This document shows, one piece after another, positions 8,834 through 19,727 of a DNA stretch of 64,000 nucleotides. Location: NCBI GenBank assembly GCA_965224485.1, contig CBDCZH010000010.1, positions 320,001 through 384,000 of the forward strand, in the 5' to 3' direction. This DNA comes from Arcobacteraceae bacterium. GTDB taxonomy: Bacteria; Campylobacterota; Campylobacteria; Campylobacterales; Arcobacteraceae. The position numbers were made by a program, and so were the translations under genes. A model generated the notes under the pieces. That model made no database searches and had not been told where the DNA came from. It was given only the letters and a program-made list of their open reading frames with translations. Within the stretch, counting starts at the first letter, position 1. Each line of letters opens with the position of its first letter.

Positions 8834-9259
8834 ATGTTAATGCCTAAAAGAACTAAATTCAGAAAGATGATGAAGGGTCGTAATAGAGGTAAAGCTACTA
8901 GAGGTGCTTCTATTGCATATGGAGATTACGGACTTAAAGCTGTTGAGCACGGTAGAATTGATTCAAGACAAATTGAAGCTGCCAGAGTTGCTATGACTAG
9001 AAAAGTTAAAAGACAAGCTAAAGTATGGATTATGGTATTCCCTGATAAGCCACTTACTGCTAAACCATTAGAAACAAGAATGGGTAAAGGTAAAGGTGCT
9101 GTTGATAAATGGGTTATGAATATTAAGCCAGGAAGAATCCTTTTTGAAATGGCTGGTATTAGTGAAGAGTTAGCAAGAGAAGCTTTAACTTTAGCTAGAC
9201 ATAAATTACCATTCAAAACTAAAATTGTAACAAAAGACAGTGAAAATGAATTATATTGA
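8834..9259 (+). CDS. rplP: 50S ribosomal protein L16
   Basis: [18 protein letters not shown]. Confidence 0.99.
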   Translation: MLMPKRTKFRKMMKGRNRGKATRGASIAYGDYGLKAVEHGRIDSRQIEAARVAMTRKVKRQAKVWIMVFPDKPLTAKPLETRMGKGKGAVDKWVMNIKPGRILFEMAGISEELAREALTLARHKLPFKTKIVTKDSENELY

Positions 9260-9437
9260 TTTAAAAGATAAAAGTTCTGACGAGCTTTTAGTATTATTAA
9301 AAGAGAAAAAGGTGCTACTTTTTGAATTAAAAGCTAAGCTAAAAACTATGCAGTTAACTAACACTTCTGAATTAAGAGTTTGTAAAAAAGAAATAGCTCA
9401 AATTCAAACAGCTATAACTGCTGAAAAAGCTAACTAA
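9246..9437 (+). CDS. rpmC: 50S ribosomal protein L29
   Basis: Short helical protein between rplP and rpsQ; ATG 9246. Confidence 0.97.
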   Translation: MNYIDLKDKSSDELLVLLKEKKVLLFELKAKLKTMQLTNTSELRVCKKEIAQIQTAITAEKAN

Positions 9438-9448
9438 GGATCTATGAT

Positions 9449-9700
9449 ATGGCAATTAAAAGAGAGATTCAAGGTTTAGTGGTAAAAGTTTCTGGGCAAA
9501 AAACTGCTTCTGTATTAGTTACAAGATCAGTTATGCATCCTAGATATCACAAGACTGTTAAAAGATTTAAAAAATATTTAATTCATGATGAAAAATCTGA
9601 ATTAGCTATTGGTGATACGGTTACTGCAATTGAATGTAGACCTTTATCAAAAACTAAATCTTTTAGATTAAATACTATCCTTTCAAGAGGAGTTAAGTAA
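9449..9700 (+). CDS. rpsQ: 30S ribosomal protein S17
   Basis: [18 protein letters not shown]. Confidence 0.99.
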   Translation: MAIKREIQGLVVKVSGQKTASVLVTRSVMHPRYHKTVKRFKKYLIHDEKSELAIGDTVTAIECRPLSKTKSFRLNTILSRGVK

Positions 9701-10068
9701 TGATTCAAAGTTTTACAAGATTAAATGTAGCTGATAATACAGGTGCTAAACAGATTATGTGTATCAAAGTTTTAGGTGGTTCTAAAAGAAGATACGCATC
9801 TGTTGGTGATGTTATTGTTGCTTCAGTTAAAAAAGCGCTTCCAACTGGAAAAGTTAAAAAAGGTCAAGTTGTAAAAGCTGTTGTTGTTAGAACTCATAAA
9901 GAAGTTCAAAGAGAAAATGGTTCTTTAATCAGATTTGATGATAACGCTGCTGTTATACTTGATGCTAAAAAAGAACCAATTGGAACGAGAATATTTGGAC
10001 CTGTTGCTAGAGAAGTTAGATACTCTGGTTTCATGAAAATTGTTTCTCTTGCTCCGGAGGTACTATAA
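9700..10068 (+). CDS. rplN: 50S ribosomal protein L14
   Basis: [23 protein letters not shown]. Confidence 0.99.
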   Translation: MIQSFTRLNVADNTGAKQIMCIKVLGGSKRRYASVGDVIVASVKKALPTGKVKKGQVVKAVVVRTHKEVQRENGSLIRFDDNAAVILDAKKEPIGTRIFGPVAREVRYSGFMKIVSLAPEVL

Positions 10069-10070
10069 GT

Positions 10071-10310
10071 ATGGCAAATAAATTAAAAATCAAAAAAGGT
10101 GATACTGTAAAAATTATCGCTGGTGATGATAAAGGTAAAACAGGAGAAGTTTTAAGTGTTCTTGTTACAACTAAACAAGTAATTGTTCAAGATTGTAAGA
10201 TTGCTAAAAAAACTGTTAAACCTGATCAAGAAAAAAACCCTAATGGTGGTTTTGTTAACAAAGAGATGCCTATTGATATCTCTAATGTTACAAAAGTAGA
10301 AGGTGAATAA
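10071..10310 (+). CDS. rplX: 50S ribosomal protein L24
   Basis: [21 protein letters not shown] motif, EMPIDISNV. Confidence 0.98.
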   Translation: MANKLKIKKGDTVKIIAGDDKGKTGEVLSVLVTTKQVIVQDCKIAKKTVKPDQEKNPNGGFVNKEMPIDISNVTKVEGE

Positions 10311-10312
10311 AA

Positions 10313-10861
10313 ATGGCATCTAGATTATTAGAAAGATATAAAAGTGAAATTAAGCCTGTTTTAGAAACTGAATTTCTTAAGAACAAAACTTTAACAGCAA
10401 AAGTAGATAAGATTACTATTTCTATTGGTGCTGGTGAAGCTATGAAAGATTCTAAGTTAATGCAAAATATGCAAGATACTATTTCTTTAATCGCTGGTCA
10501 AAAAGCTGTTAAAGTAATTGCTAAAAAATCAGTTGCTGGTTTTAAAGTAAGAGATGGTTATCCTGTAGGTATTAAAGTAACTTTAAGAGGTGACAATATG
10601 TATAACTTCTTAGACAAACTTTGTGCAGTTGCATTACCAAGAGTTAAGGATTTTAGAGGTCTTAACAAGAATGGTTTTGATGGTTATGGTAACTTCAACT
10701 TTGGATTAGAAGAGCAATTAATGTTCCCAGAAGTTGTTTATGATGATATTATTAAAACTCATGGTATGAACATTTCAATAGCTACTACTGCAACATCTGA
10801 TGCAGAAGCGTATAGACTATTGGAACTTGTTGGTGTACCATTTAGTAAAGGAAGAGTGTAA
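10313..10861 (+). CDS. rplE: 50S ribosomal protein L5
   Basis: [19 protein letters not shown]. Confidence 0.99.
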   Translation: MASRLLERYKSEIKPVLETEFLKNKTLTAKVDKITISIGAGEAMKDSKLMQNMQDTISLIAGQKAVKVIAKKSVAGFKVRDGYPVGIKVTLRGDNMYNFLDKLCAVALPRVKDFRGLNKNGFDGYGNFNFGLEEQLMFPEVVYDDIIKTHGMNISIATTATSDAEAYRLLELVGVPFSKGRV

Positions 10862-11046
10862 TGGCAAAGAAATCTATAATTGCAAAACAAAAAAGAACAC
10901 CTAAGTTTGCTGTAAGAGCATACACTAGATGTAATGTTTGTGGAAGACCACACTCTGTTTACAGAGATTTTGGTTTATGTAGAATTTGTTTAAGAAAGAT
11001 GGCTAACGAAGGTTTATTACCTGGTGTTAGAAAAGCTAGTTGGTAA
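10861..11046 (+). CDS. rpsN: 30S ribosomal protein S14 (Zn-binding type)
   Basis: 61 aa, CNVC...[15 protein letters not shown]. Confidence 0.99.
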   Translation: MAKKSIIAKQKRTPKFAVRAYTRCNVCGRPHSVYRDFGLCRICLRKMANEGLLPGVRKASW

Positions 11047-11057
11047 GGAAATAAGCT

Positions 11058-11456
11058 ATGATGAATGATATGATCGCAGATGCTTTAACTAGAATTAGAA
11101 ATGCAGCAATGAGAAAACTTGACGTTACAACTCTTTTGCATTCTAATACAGTTGTAGGTATTTTAACAGTATTAGAGAAGAAAGAATATATTGAGTCTTT
11201 CAAAGTTGTTGACGGAGAGAGTAATAAAAAGACTATCAAAGTTACATTAAAATATAACGAAGATGAAGCTTCTGTAATTAATGAAATTACAAGAGTTTCT
11301 AAACCTGGAAGAAGAGTTTATAAAGCTTCTGCTGAGTTAAAAAATTTCAAAAATGGATATGGTACAATCATTGTTTCTACGAACAAGGGTGTAGTTGCTA
11401 ACGACGAAGCAGTTGCTTCTAACGTTGGTGGTGAAGTACTGTGTACAGTTTGGTAG
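11058..11456 (+). CDS. rpsH: 30S ribosomal protein S8
   Basis: [26 protein letters not shown]. Confidence 0.99.
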   Translation: MMNDMIADALTRIRNAAMRKLDVTTLLHSNTVVGILTVLEKKEYIESFKVVDGESNKKTIKVTLKYNEDEASVINEITRVSKPGRRVYKASAELKNFKNGYGTIIVSTNKGVVANDEAVASNVGGEVLCTVW

Positions 11457-11466
11457 GGGAGTAACA

Positions 11467-12000
11467 ATGTCAAGAATTGGAAAAAAACCTATCTCAATTC
11501 CTTCTGGAATTGAAGTATCAGTTACTGGTACTATTATTAGTGTTAAAAAAGGAAACAAAACTTCTACTGTTGAAACACACGGTAGAGTTGGTGTTGAAAT
11601 TGAATCTAATACTGTTGTTTTATCAAAAGTTGGAGAAGATAAAGAATCTTCTGCCTTTTGGGGAACATATAGAGCTTTATTAAATAATGCAATTGATGGT
11701 TTAAACAAAGGTTTTTCAAAATCTTTAGAAATCAATGGTGTTGGTTATAGAGCTGCCGTTAAAGGCAAAGTATTAGAATTACAATTAGGTTATTCTCACC
11801 CAATCAGCTATGAAATCGCAGAAGGTTTAGATATCACAGTTGAGAAGAACTTAATTCACGTAAAAGGTGCAGACAAACAACAAGTTGGTCAAGCTGCTGC
11901 AATTATTCGAGGCTACAGAAAACCAGAACCGTACAAAGGTAAAGGTGTTAAGTATACTGACGAGGTTATCGTTAGAAAAGCCGGAAAAACTGCGAAGTAA
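11467..12000 (+). CDS. rplF: 50S ribosomal protein L6
   Basis: True start MSRIGKKPI at ATG 11467; [16 protein letters not shown]. Confidence 0.99.
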   Translation: MSRIGKKPISIPSGIEVSVTGTIISVKKGNKTSTVETHGRVGVEIESNTVVLSKVGEDKESSAFWGTYRALLNNAIDGLNKGFSKSLEINGVGYRAAVKGKVLELQLGYSHPISYEIAEGLDITVEKNLIHVKGADKQQVGQAAAIIRGYRKPEPYKGKGVKYTDEVIVRKAGKTAK

Positions 12001-12010
12001 GGTGTGAATT

Positions 12011-12370
12011 ATGAGTAGAGTAAAAGATATAGCAAAAAAGAATTCTTTAAGATTAAGAAGAAAAAGACGAGTTAGAGGTAAAATTTCTGGAACTGTTACA
12101 ATTCCAAGACTTAGTATTTCTAAATCAAACAAATTTTTAAGTGCGCAAGCAATTGATGATGTTGCTGGTGTTACATTAGCTTCAATTAATTCAAAAACTT
12201 TGAGCTTAAATGTTAATAAAGAAAATGCAGTTAAAGTAGGAGCAGAATTTGCTAAAACTTTAAAAGCTGCTAAGATTGATACAGTAGTATTTGACAGAAA
12301 TGGTTACCTTTATCATGGTGTAGTTGCGGCTTTTGCTGATGCGCTTAGAGATAATGGTATCAAATTATAA
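12011..12370 (+). CDS. rplR: 50S ribosomal protein L18
   Basis: [21 protein letters not shown]. Confidence 0.99.
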   Translation: MSRVKDIAKKNSLRLRRKRRVRGKISGTVTIPRLSISKSNKFLSAQAIDDVAGVTLASINSKTLSLNVNKENAVKVGAEFAKTLKAAKIDTVVFDRNGYLYHGVVAAFADALRDNGIKL

Positions 12371-12376
12371 GGGTTA

Positions 12377-12820
12377 ATGATGGCAATTAATAGAGAAGAT
12401 TATCAAGAAGCAATCGTTAAAATCGGAAGAGTAACTAAAGTTGTAAAGGGTGGTCGAAGATTCAGATTTACTGCTTTAGTTGTTGTTGGTGATAAACAAG
12501 GTACTGTAGGATTCGGAACTGGAAAAGCGAAAGAAGTTCCAGATGCAATTAAAAAAGCTTTAGATGATGCATTCAAAAGTTTAGTTAAGATTTCTTTAAA
12601 AGGAACAACTATTGCACACGATATTGAGCATAAATATAATGCAAGTAAAATTTTATTAAAACCAGCTAGTGAGGGTACAGGACTAATTGCAGGTGGTGCA
12701 GCTCGTCCAGTTCTTGAACTTGCTGGAATTAAAGATATTATTGCAAAATCTTTAGGTTCTAACAATCCAAATAACCTTGTACAAGCTACTGTTGAAGCAT
12801 TAGCTAGAATTAAAGGATAG
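12377..12820 (+). CDS. rpsE: 30S ribosomal protein S5
   Basis: [22 protein letters not shown]. Confidence 0.99.
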   Translation: MMAINREDYQEAIVKIGRVTKVVKGGRRFRFTALVVVGDKQGTVGFGTGKAKEVPDAIKKALDDAFKSLVKISLKGTTIAHDIEHKYNASKILLKPASEGTGLIAGGAARPVLELAGIKDIIAKSLGSNNPNNLVQATVEALARIKG

Positions 12821-13222
12821 ATGATGGCATTAAATAATTTACAATCAGCAACTGGTAGTACAAAAAATGTTAAAAGAGTAGGTCGTGGTCAAGGTTCAGG
12901 AATGGGTAAGACTTCTACTAGAGGTCAAAAAGGTCAAAAATCTAGATCTGGATATAAAATCAAAAGACATTTTGAAGGTGGTCAAATGCCTTTACAAAAA
13001 AGAATGCCTAAGATTGGATTCTTTTCTAGAGTAAGTAAACCTTATTCAATCAATGTTAATAAAGTAAAACAAGTTGCTGCATTAACTGAGATTACTATGG
13101 AAACTATTAAATCTGTTTACAAGTTATCTAAAGCAGTAACTAAAGTTAAGTTAATTGGTTCAGATGCTAAAGCTTTAGCATCAAAGATTAAAGACGAAAA
13201 CGTAACTACTACTGGTAACTAG
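12821..13222 (+). CDS. rplO: 50S ribosomal protein L15
   Basis: [21 protein letters not shown]. Confidence 0.99.
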   Translation: MMALNNLQSATGSTKNVKRVGRGQGSGMGKTSTRGQKGQKSRSGYKIKRHFEGGQMPLQKRMPKIGFFSRVSKPYSINVNKVKQVAALTEITMETIKSVYKLSKAVTKVKLIGSDAKALASKIKDENVTTTGN

Positions 13223-13225
13223 CAG

Positions 13226-14488
13226 ATGAGCAAAGATCTAATAAATAAGATTCTTATTACGTTAGGTTTTATACTACTCTACAGAGTACTGGCATATGTG
13301 CCAGTACCTGGAGTAAATATAGACGTTGTAAAAGAATTTTTTGATTCTAACTCAAACAATGCTTTAGGTTTAGTTAATATGTTTAGTGGAAATGCTGTTG
13401 AAAGACTAAGTATTATCTCACTAGGTATTATGCCTTATATTACTGCTTCAATTATTATGGAGCTTCTAGCAGCTACTTTCCCAGCTCTTGGGAAAATGAA
13501 AAAAGAACGTGATGGTATGCAAAAATATATGCAAATCATTAGATATGCAACTATTGTAATTACTTTAATTCAATCTATTGGTGTATCTATGGGACTTAAT
13601 TCATTAAGTGGTCAAGGTGGACAAAGTGCAATTACAATTGATATGGATACGTTTATAGCTGTATCTTCTATCTCAATGTTAACTGGAACTATGCTTTTAA
13701 TGTGGATTGGTGAACAAATCACACAAAGAGGTATTGGTAATGGTATTTCATTAATTATCTTTGCTGGTATTGTTTCTGCAATTCCTTCTGCTATTGGTGG
13801 AACAATTGATTTAGTTAATAATGGTCAAATGAACTTTTTAACTGTTATTGTAATATTGGTGGTAATTTTAGCAACCGTTGGTGCAATTATTTTTGTTGAA
13901 TTAGGTGAAAGAAGAGTACCTGTTTCATACTCAAGAAAAGTTATGATGGAAAGTCAAAACAAAAGAGTTATGAACTATATTCCTATTAAAGTTAATTTAT
14001 CAGGTGTAATTCCTGCCATTTTTGCATCTGCAATTTTAATGTTTCCTGCGACTATTTTACAAGGTAGTCAAAATGAAATCTTAGTAAAAATTGCTGATTA
14101 TTTATCTCCTGCTTCTTATACTTTTAATGTTTTTATGTTCTTATTTGTAGTTTTCTTTGCATTCTTTTATGCATCAATTACATTTAATGCAAAAGATATT
14201 GCTGAGAACTTAAAAAAACAAGGTGGATTTATTCCTGGCGTTAGGCCTGGAGCTTCTACTTCTGAGTTTTTAAATGAAGTAGCAGGAAGATTAACTCTTT
14301 CAGGTGCTGTATATTTAGGTCTTATTTCAACGCTACCTTGGCTTATAGTTAAAGCTATGGGAGTTCCATTTTATTTTGGAGGTGTTGCTGTTTTAATTGT
14401 TGTTCAAGTTGCTATTGATACTATGAGAAAAATTGAAGCTCAACAGTACATGAATAAATATGACACTTTAAGTGCAGTAGGTTTATAA
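13226..14488 (+). CDS. secY: preprotein translocase subunit SecY
   Basis: LGIMPYITASII, GIGNGISLIIF, FIPGVRPG. Confidence 0.99.
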   Translation: MSKDLINKILITLGFILLYRVLAYVPVPGVNIDVVKEFFDSNSNNALGLVNMFSGNAVERLSIISLGIMPYITASIIMELLAATFPALGKMKKERDGMQKYMQIIRYATIVITLIQSIGVSMGLNSLSGQGGQSAITIDMDTFIAVSSISMLTGTMLLMWIGEQITQRGIGNGISLIIFAGIVSAIPSAIGGTIDLVNNGQMNFLTVIVILVVILATVGAIIFVELGERRVPVSYSRKVMMESQNKRVMNYIPIKVNLSGVIPAIFASAILMFPATILQGSQNEILVKIADYLSPASYTFNVFMFLFVVFFAFFYASITFNAKDIAENLKKQGGFIPGVRPGASTSEFLNEVAGRLTLSGAVYLGLISTLPWLIVKAMGVPFYFGGVAVLIVVQVAIDTMRKIEAQQYMNKYDTLSAVGL

Positions 14489-14493
14489 ATCTT

Positions 14494-15252
14494 ATGGCAA
14501 TTCCTTTAAGAAAACCTAATGAAATTGAAAAACTTCGTACAGCCTCTTTGGCTGTTGCGAAAACTTTAGATTATTTAAAAAATAATGTAAAAGCTGGTAT
14601 GAGCTTAAAAGAAGTTGATACCTTAGGTGATGATTTTTTAGCACAAATGGGTGTTAGACCATCATTTAAAGGCTTATATGGTTTTCCAGCAGCAGTTTGT
14701 ACCTCATTAAATGAAGTAATTATACACGGAATACCAAGTAGTATTATTTTAAAAGAAGGTGATATCCTTGGACTTGATATTGGGTCTGAAGTTGATGGTT
14801 GGTATGGTGATGCCGCAATAACAATGCCTATTGGTAAAATCTCAAAAGAAGATGAAGCTTTAATTGCTTGCTCAAAAGATGCTTTATATCATGCTATTTC
14901 TATTATAAAAGAAGGGCTAAGATTTAAAGAACTTTCAGCAGAAATTGAAAAATTCATCAGAAATAGAGGATATGTGCCATTGGTTAGATTTTGTGGACAT
15001 GGGATTGGTAAAAAACCTCATGATGAACCAGAAATTCCAAACTATATTGAAACTCCAAATGTAAAAGCAGGTCCTAAAATAAAAAATGGAATGGTATTTT
15101 GTTTAGAGCCAATGGTTTGTCAAAAAGAACAAGAACCAGTTATTTTAGATAATGATTGGGATGTTGTTAGTTCTGATGGATTAAGAGGTTCGCATTATGA
15201 ACATACAATTGCTGTAATAGATGGAAAAGCAGTAATTTTAAGTGAAATTTAA
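14494..15252 (+). CDS. map: methionine aminopeptidase type I
   Basis: SLNEVIIHGIP, GHGIG, HYEHT. Confidence 0.98.
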   Translation: MAIPLRKPNEIEKLRTASLAVAKTLDYLKNNVKAGMSLKEVDTLGDDFLAQMGVRPSFKGLYGFPAAVCTSLNEVIIHGIPSSIILKEGDILGLDIGSEVDGWYGDAAITMPIGKISKEDEALIACSKDALYHAISIIKEGLRFKELSAEIEKFIRNRGYVPLVRFCGHGIGKKPHDEPEIPNYIETPNVKAGPKIKNGMVFCLEPMVCQKEQEPVILDNDWDVVSSDGLRGSHYEHTIAVIDGKAVILSEI

Positions 15253-15263
15253 AAAGGTAATGA

Positions 15264-15482
15264 ATGTCAAAAGATGATGTAATAGTAATAGATGGAAAAG
15301 TAAAAGAAGCCTTACCTAATGCAATGTTTAAAGTTGAATTAGATAATGGTCATGTGGTATTATGTCATATCTCTGGAAAAATGAGAATGCATTATATTAA
15401 AATCTTACCTCAAGATAAGGTTAAAGTTGAAATAACTCCTTATTCTTTAGATAAGGGTAGAATAACTCACAGATATAAATAA
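15264..15482 (+). CDS. infA: translation initiation factor IF-1
   Basis: [23 protein letters not shown]. Confidence 0.99.
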   Translation: MSKDDVIVIDGKVKEALPNAMFKVELDNGHVVLCHISGKMRMHYIKILPQDKVKVEITPYSLDKGRITHRYK

Positions 15483-15485
15483 TTT

Positions 15486-15517
15486 TATAAGAAACTATTA
15501 ATTAATAGTTTCTTATA
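15486..15517. terminator. perfect 32-bp palindrome ending the S10-spc operon
   Basis: TATAAGAAACTATTAA|TTAATAGTTTCTTATA directly after infA stop. Confidence 0.6.
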
Positions 15518-15639
15518 TTACCTTAGATTCCTAGATCATAATAAACTCACAAACTTACATAAAATTAAAATATTCATAGACTTTTATATATTTATAATAA
15601 AACTAAATTTTAAATAATATTATTGTATACATATAAAAA

Positions 15640-15740
15640 AGTATGCAAACTTATGGAGCTTTTTAATGCCTTTGACAAAGTGAATTACCACACGCGCTTT
15701 AAAAGTAATAATAAACTCAAGCTCCATAACTTTACATACT
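15640..15740. repeat. 101-bp element with 22-bp imperfect terminal inverted repeats
   Basis: AGTATGCAAACTTATGGAGCTT (15640-15661) vs reverse complement of 15719-15740 AGTATGTAAAGTTATGGAGCTT, 20/22 identical. Confidence 0.8.
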
Positions 15741-15951
15741 AGCTAAGTCTAATATAAGTCTCTTTTATCTCTTGTTGTAAAAAGTCTTTTTGTTTAATCA
15801 TTAATTCTAGATTTTGTTTTAATAACTCTTTGTCTTTATATGATTCAATTATAAATTCAAATAATTTGGGTCTATTTGTTTTCCAATTATGTAAAGTTGT
15901 TTTATTAACTTCTAAATCACTTTGTAACTTTCTTAAACTAGGTGAAGACAT
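15739..15951 (-). CDS. small HTH DNA-binding protein with coiled-coil tail
   Basis: LRKLQSDLEVNKTTLHNWK resembles a Cro/Xre-like HTH; SD AAGGA; own promoter. Confidence 0.7.
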   Translation of the reverse strand: MSSPSLRKLQSDLEVNKTTLHNWKTNRPKLFEFIIESYKDKELLKQNLELMIKQKDFLQQEIKETYIRLS

Positions 15952-15976
15952 CTATTTCCTTTTTCTGTAATAAATG

Positions 15977-16040
15977 ATTGTACATATATTTGGAACAAAA
16001 GTCAAGTAAATTATCTTTTTTGTACAAATTGATGGAACAA
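15977..16040 (-). promoter_or_regulatory. promoter of HTH gene overlapped by twin operator-like repeats
   Basis: Minus strand TTGACT (16005-16000), 17 bp, TACAAT (15982-15977); TTGTACA-N6-TGGAACAA at 15978 and 16020. Confidence 0.7.
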
Positions 16041-16075
16041 ATGAAGCTACAAGAGACATTTTTGTACAATTTCAC

Positions 16076-16741
16076 ATGACAAAAAGAGTAAAAAACCAAA
16101 TGCTTTACCATCTTAATTTTCTAAAATCTATTGGATATGAGTATTATGAGGATATTAGAATTGATAAAAGAATTAGTGATGAGATAAACTTGCCAGATGA
16201 TATTAATTTATTAGAGAGTATAGTAAAAAACTGTCATTTATGTCACTTATCAAAATATAGAGCAAATATACTTTTTGGACAAGGTAATATAAGTGCTAAG
16301 GTAATGTTTATAGGTGATGAACCAAGCATTAGTGAAGATGAAGTCGGAGAATTTTTTGTAGGTAAAAGTGGTGCAATGTTAGCTAAGATGATAGAAAATG
16401 TCATTGGTATTAAAAAAGAAGAAGTTTATATTACAAATATAGTAAAATGTAGAACTGCTCATGGTCTTATTCAAATTGATGAAGAAAAATGTTGTAGGTC
16501 TTACTTAGATAAGCAAATTTCTTTGATAAAACCAAATTTGATTGTTCTTTTAGGTGAAGTTGCTTATGATTTTTTCTTAGATCAAAATATCTCTTTTTCA
16601 CAAACTAGAGGTCAAATTATAAATAAGAACTCAATGAATATCATGAGTACTTATCATCCAAGTTACTTATTAAGAAATCCTTCTGTTAAAAAAGAAGCAT
16701 ATTATGATATGTTAAAAATTAAATCGTTTTTGGAGAAATAG
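16076..16741 (+). CDS. uracil-DNA glycosylase family 4-like (Fe-S)
   Basis: CHLCHL, FGQGN, MFIGDEP, FVGKSG, TNIVKCR, TYHPSYLLR. Confidence 0.9.
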   Translation: MTKRVKNQMLYHLNFLKSIGYEYYEDIRIDKRISDEINLPDDINLLESIVKNCHLCHLSKYRANILFGQGNISAKVMFIGDEPSISEDEVGEFFVGKSGAMLAKMIENVIGIKKEEVYITNIVKCRTAHGLIQIDEEKCCRSYLDKQISLIKPNLIVLLGEVAYDFFLDQNISFSQTRGQIINKNSMNIMSTYHPSYLLRNPSVKKEAYYDMLKIKSFLEK

Positions 16742-17814
16742 TGAAACACATTTTAATTATAATTTCAATAATTTTTCTTTTTGCAGCTTGTGCTCCAAAA
16801 AAAGAAATTATTATACAAGTTCCAACAAAAAAAGACAAATCAATTGATGAAAAAGTTACTTTAGAAGACTTTTCTTATATACAAACAAGTGATGAAGATT
16901 TTAAAGTTGCTATAATCTTTCCTTCTAAAGTTGTTGGAAAATATGCAAATAGCACTGTAAATACTGCCTTATCATATTTAATATATAAAAAAGAAAAATT
17001 TGATCTTGAAACATTTGATTCTTTTAATCAAAGCAAAGAATCAATAAAAAGAGTTTTTGATGAAGCTATTAGTAAGGGATATAAAAATATTATTGCTTTA
17101 TATACAAAAGAGGCATTAAATGATATTTATTCGCTAAGAGATATACATAATATAAATGTTTATTTTCCAATAATTTCAAAGAGTGACTTTTTATATAAGG
17201 CTAAAAATTTTACCTTTGGTGCTATTTCTTATGATAATCAAATTAAAACACTTCTTTCTTTATCTAATAATGTAGATGCTAGTTTTTATGCTAATTCTTC
17301 TATTGGATTAAAATTAAAAAGTAAATATGATACTTATGTAACAAACTTAAAAGTTGAGAAAAAAGTAAAAAAAACAAATATTAATTATAAAAAACTAGTT
17401 GATGATGAGAACTTAAATGATACAACGCTAATGTTAAATACTCCAATTGTAAAAACATCTATTATTCTTTCGCAGTTAAGAGCAAATGAAATTAAACCAA
17501 GTTTAATTTTATCAACACAAATCAATTATAATCCAATTTTAGTATCTTTAACTCAAGTTGAAGATAGAATAAATTTTATAGTTGCGAGTTCAATTGAAAA
17601 AACTTCTAATGAATTAGAAGAAATTTTATCTTTAATTGGTGCTGATATTACATATAATTGGGTTAATTATTCTTCTTTAATTGGTTTAAATTATTTCTTT
17701 AATAAAAATGAAGACGGCTTAATCAAAAATGATATTATCAATAATGAAGTTTCATATAAAGTAAATCTTTATAACTCTACTTCTTATGGCTTTTTAAAGA
17801 TGTCATCAAATTAA
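16741..17814 (+). CDS. hypothetical lipoprotein (periplasmic-binding/LpoA-like fold possible)
   Basis: GTG start, lipobox FAAC; KVAIIFPS motif. Confidence 0.7.
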   Translation: MKHILIIISIIFLFAACAPKKEIIIQVPTKKDKSIDEKVTLEDFSYIQTSDEDFKVAIIFPSKVVGKYANSTVNTALSYLIYKKEKFDLETFDSFNQSKESIKRVFDEAISKGYKNIIALYTKEALNDIYSLRDIHNINVYFPIISKSDFLYKAKNFTFGAISYDNQIKTLLSLSNNVDASFYANSSIGLKLKSKYDTYVTNLKVEKKVKKTNINYKKLVDDENLNDTTLMLNTPIVKTSIILSQLRANEIKPSLILSTQINYNPILVSLTQVEDRINFIVASSIEKTSNELEEILSLIGADITYNWVNYSSLIGLNYFFNKNEDGLIKNDIINNEVSYKVNLYNSTSYGFLKMSSN

Positions 17815-17889
17815 TTTATAAGAAAAACTTAGTTATAATCGCGTATATTAATACACATAAGCAAAAATGCTTTATATATGGAGATTGAA

Positions 17890-19647
17890 TTGAGAACTCA
17901 TTATTGTACAGAAGTTAGTGAAAAAAATATAGGTGAAACTGTAAGTGTTGCTGGTTGGGTTAACAGTAGACGTGATCATGGTGGAATTATATTTATAGAT
18001 TTAAGAGATAAAGGTGGATTAGTTCAATTAGTTGCTGATCCTTCAATTTTAAGTAATGCCGAAACAGTGAGAGATGAGTATGTTTTAGTATGTACTGGAA
18101 AAGTAAGAGCTAGAGGTGAAGGATTAGAAAATCCAAATCTTAAAACTGGTAATATTGAAATTGTTTTAGATGAACTTATTATTCAAAACAAATCTAAAGC
18201 TATGCCTTTTGATATAAATGATGATAAAGTTAATGATGAAATTAAATTAAAAAATAGATTCTTAGAGCTTAGATCTGCTAAATCATATAATATTTTTAAA
18301 CTTCGTTCAACTGCTGCTATGCAAGTTCGAAATACACTAGATAGCTTGGGATTTTTAGATGTAGAAACTCCTATCTTAACAAAATCAACTCCAGAAGGGG
18401 CACGTGATTATTTAGTACCTTCAAGAGTTCATCCTGGTGAATTTTATGCACTTCCACAAAGTCCTCAGTTATTTAAACAATTATTAATGGTATCTGGATT
18501 TGATAAATATTTCCAAATTGCTAAATGTTTTAGAGATGAAGATTTACGATCAGATAGACAGCCTGAATTTACTCAAATAGATGTTGAAATGAGTTTTTGT
18601 AATCAAGAAGATATTATTAAAGTAGCAGAAAAATTAATTTATGATGTATTTACAAAATGTGGTAAAGATATTCCTAAAACATTCAAAAGAATGACTTATA
18701 ATGATGCTATGGAAAATTATGGTTGTGATAAACCTGATATGAGATTTGACTTACCATTAGTTGACGTTATTGATATTTTTGCAAACAGTACAAATGAAAT
18801 CTTTGCAAGTATTGCAAAAGATAGTAAAAACAATAGAATCAAAGCTTTAAGAGTTCCAAATGGAGATAACTTATTTTCAAAACGACAAATGAAAGGTTTT
18901 GAAGAATATGTAAGAAAGTTTGGAGCTAAAGGTTTAGGTTACTTCCAAATGAAAGAAGATGGTCTAAAAGGTCCTTTAACTAAATTCTTTAGTGAAGCTG
19001 ATTTAGAAGCAATTATTAAAACTACAAAACTTGAAGTTGGTGATGTTGTATTCTTTGGAGCTGGGCAGAAAAAAACTGTATGGGATTATATGGGTAGATT
19101 TAGACTATATCTAGCTTCAATGATTGAAGGTATGGTTGATAAAGACGCTTATGAATTTTTATGGGTAGTTGATTTTCCTATGTTTGAAATAATTGATGGT
19201 CGAACAAAAGCTTTACATCATCCTTTTACTATGCCTAAAAACCCAGAAAACCTTGAAAATCCTGATGATTTAGAATCTTTAGAATCAATAGCTTATGATA
19301 TTGTTGTTAATGGTACTGAGTTAGGTGGAGGAAGTATAAGAATTCATAAAGAAGAAATTCAATCAAAAGTTTTTGACCTTATGGGAATATCAAAAGAAGA
19401 AGCAAATGAAAAATTTGGTTTCTTACTTGATGCTTTACAATATGGAGCACCTTCACATGGTGGTTTTGCTCTAGGACTTGATAGATTAATTATGCTTTTA
19501 GCTGGTACTGATTCAATAAGAGATGTAATTGCTTTTCCTAAAACGCAAAAAGCTCAATGTTTATTAGCAAAAGCTCCAAGCCCAGTTGATGCTGAACAAT
19601 TAAAAGAACTAGGTTTAAGAATTAGAAAACAAGATAATACAATCTAA
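17890..19647 (+). CDS. aspS: aspartate-tRNA(Asp/Asn) ligase
   Basis: TTG 17890 (MRTHYC) after [34 protein letters not shown]. Confidence 0.98.
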   Translation: MRTHYCTEVSEKNIGETVSVAGWVNSRRDHGGIIFIDLRDKGGLVQLVADPSILSNAETVRDEYVLVCTGKVRARGEGLENPNLKTGNIEIVLDELIIQNKSKAMPFDINDDKVNDEIKLKNRFLELRSAKSYNIFKLRSTAAMQVRNTLDSLGFLDVETPILTKSTPEGARDYLVPSRVHPGEFYALPQSPQLFKQLLMVSGFDKYFQIAKCFRDEDLRSDRQPEFTQIDVEMSFCNQEDIIKVAEKLIYDVFTKCGKDIPKTFKRMTYNDAMENYGCDKPDMRFDLPLVDVIDIFANSTNEIFASIAKDSKNNRIKALRVPNGDNLFSKRQMKGFEEYVRKFGAKGLGYFQMKEDGLKGPLTKFFSEADLEAIIKTTKLEVGDVVFFGAGQKKTVWDYMGRFRLYLASMIEGMVDKDAYEFLWVVDFPMFEIIDGRTKALHHPFTMPKNPENLENPDDLESLESIAYDIVVNGTELGGGSIRIHKEEIQSKVFDLMGISKEEANEKFGFLLDALQYGAPSHGGFALGLDRLIMLLAGTDSIRDVIAFPKTQKAQCLLAKAPSPVDAEQLKELGLRIRKQDNTI

Positions 19648-19655
19648 AACAATAT

Positions 19656-19690
19656 AGACTAAAGTTAGTTTACTAGCTTTAGTTTTGTTT
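19656..19690 (+). terminator. intrinsic terminator after aspS
   Basis: AGACTAAAGTTAGT-TT-ACTAGCTTTAGTTT hairpin plus T tract. Confidence 0.7.
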
Positions 19691-19727
19691 TAAGAGGAGT
19701 TTAACTGCTCTTATAATAGAGTCTATT

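Noticed and set aside
11395..11466. N-terminal extension of L6 in the ORF track
   Set aside because: Overlaps rpsH; canonical start MSRIGK with SD is at 11467
6298..12765. Antisense and alternate-frame ORFs within ribosomal protein genes
   Set aside because: Shadow ORFs of highly biased coding sequence
15640..15740. Retron msr-msd interpretation of the inverted repeats
   Set aside because: No reverse transcriptase nearby and no recognisable msr/msd architecture
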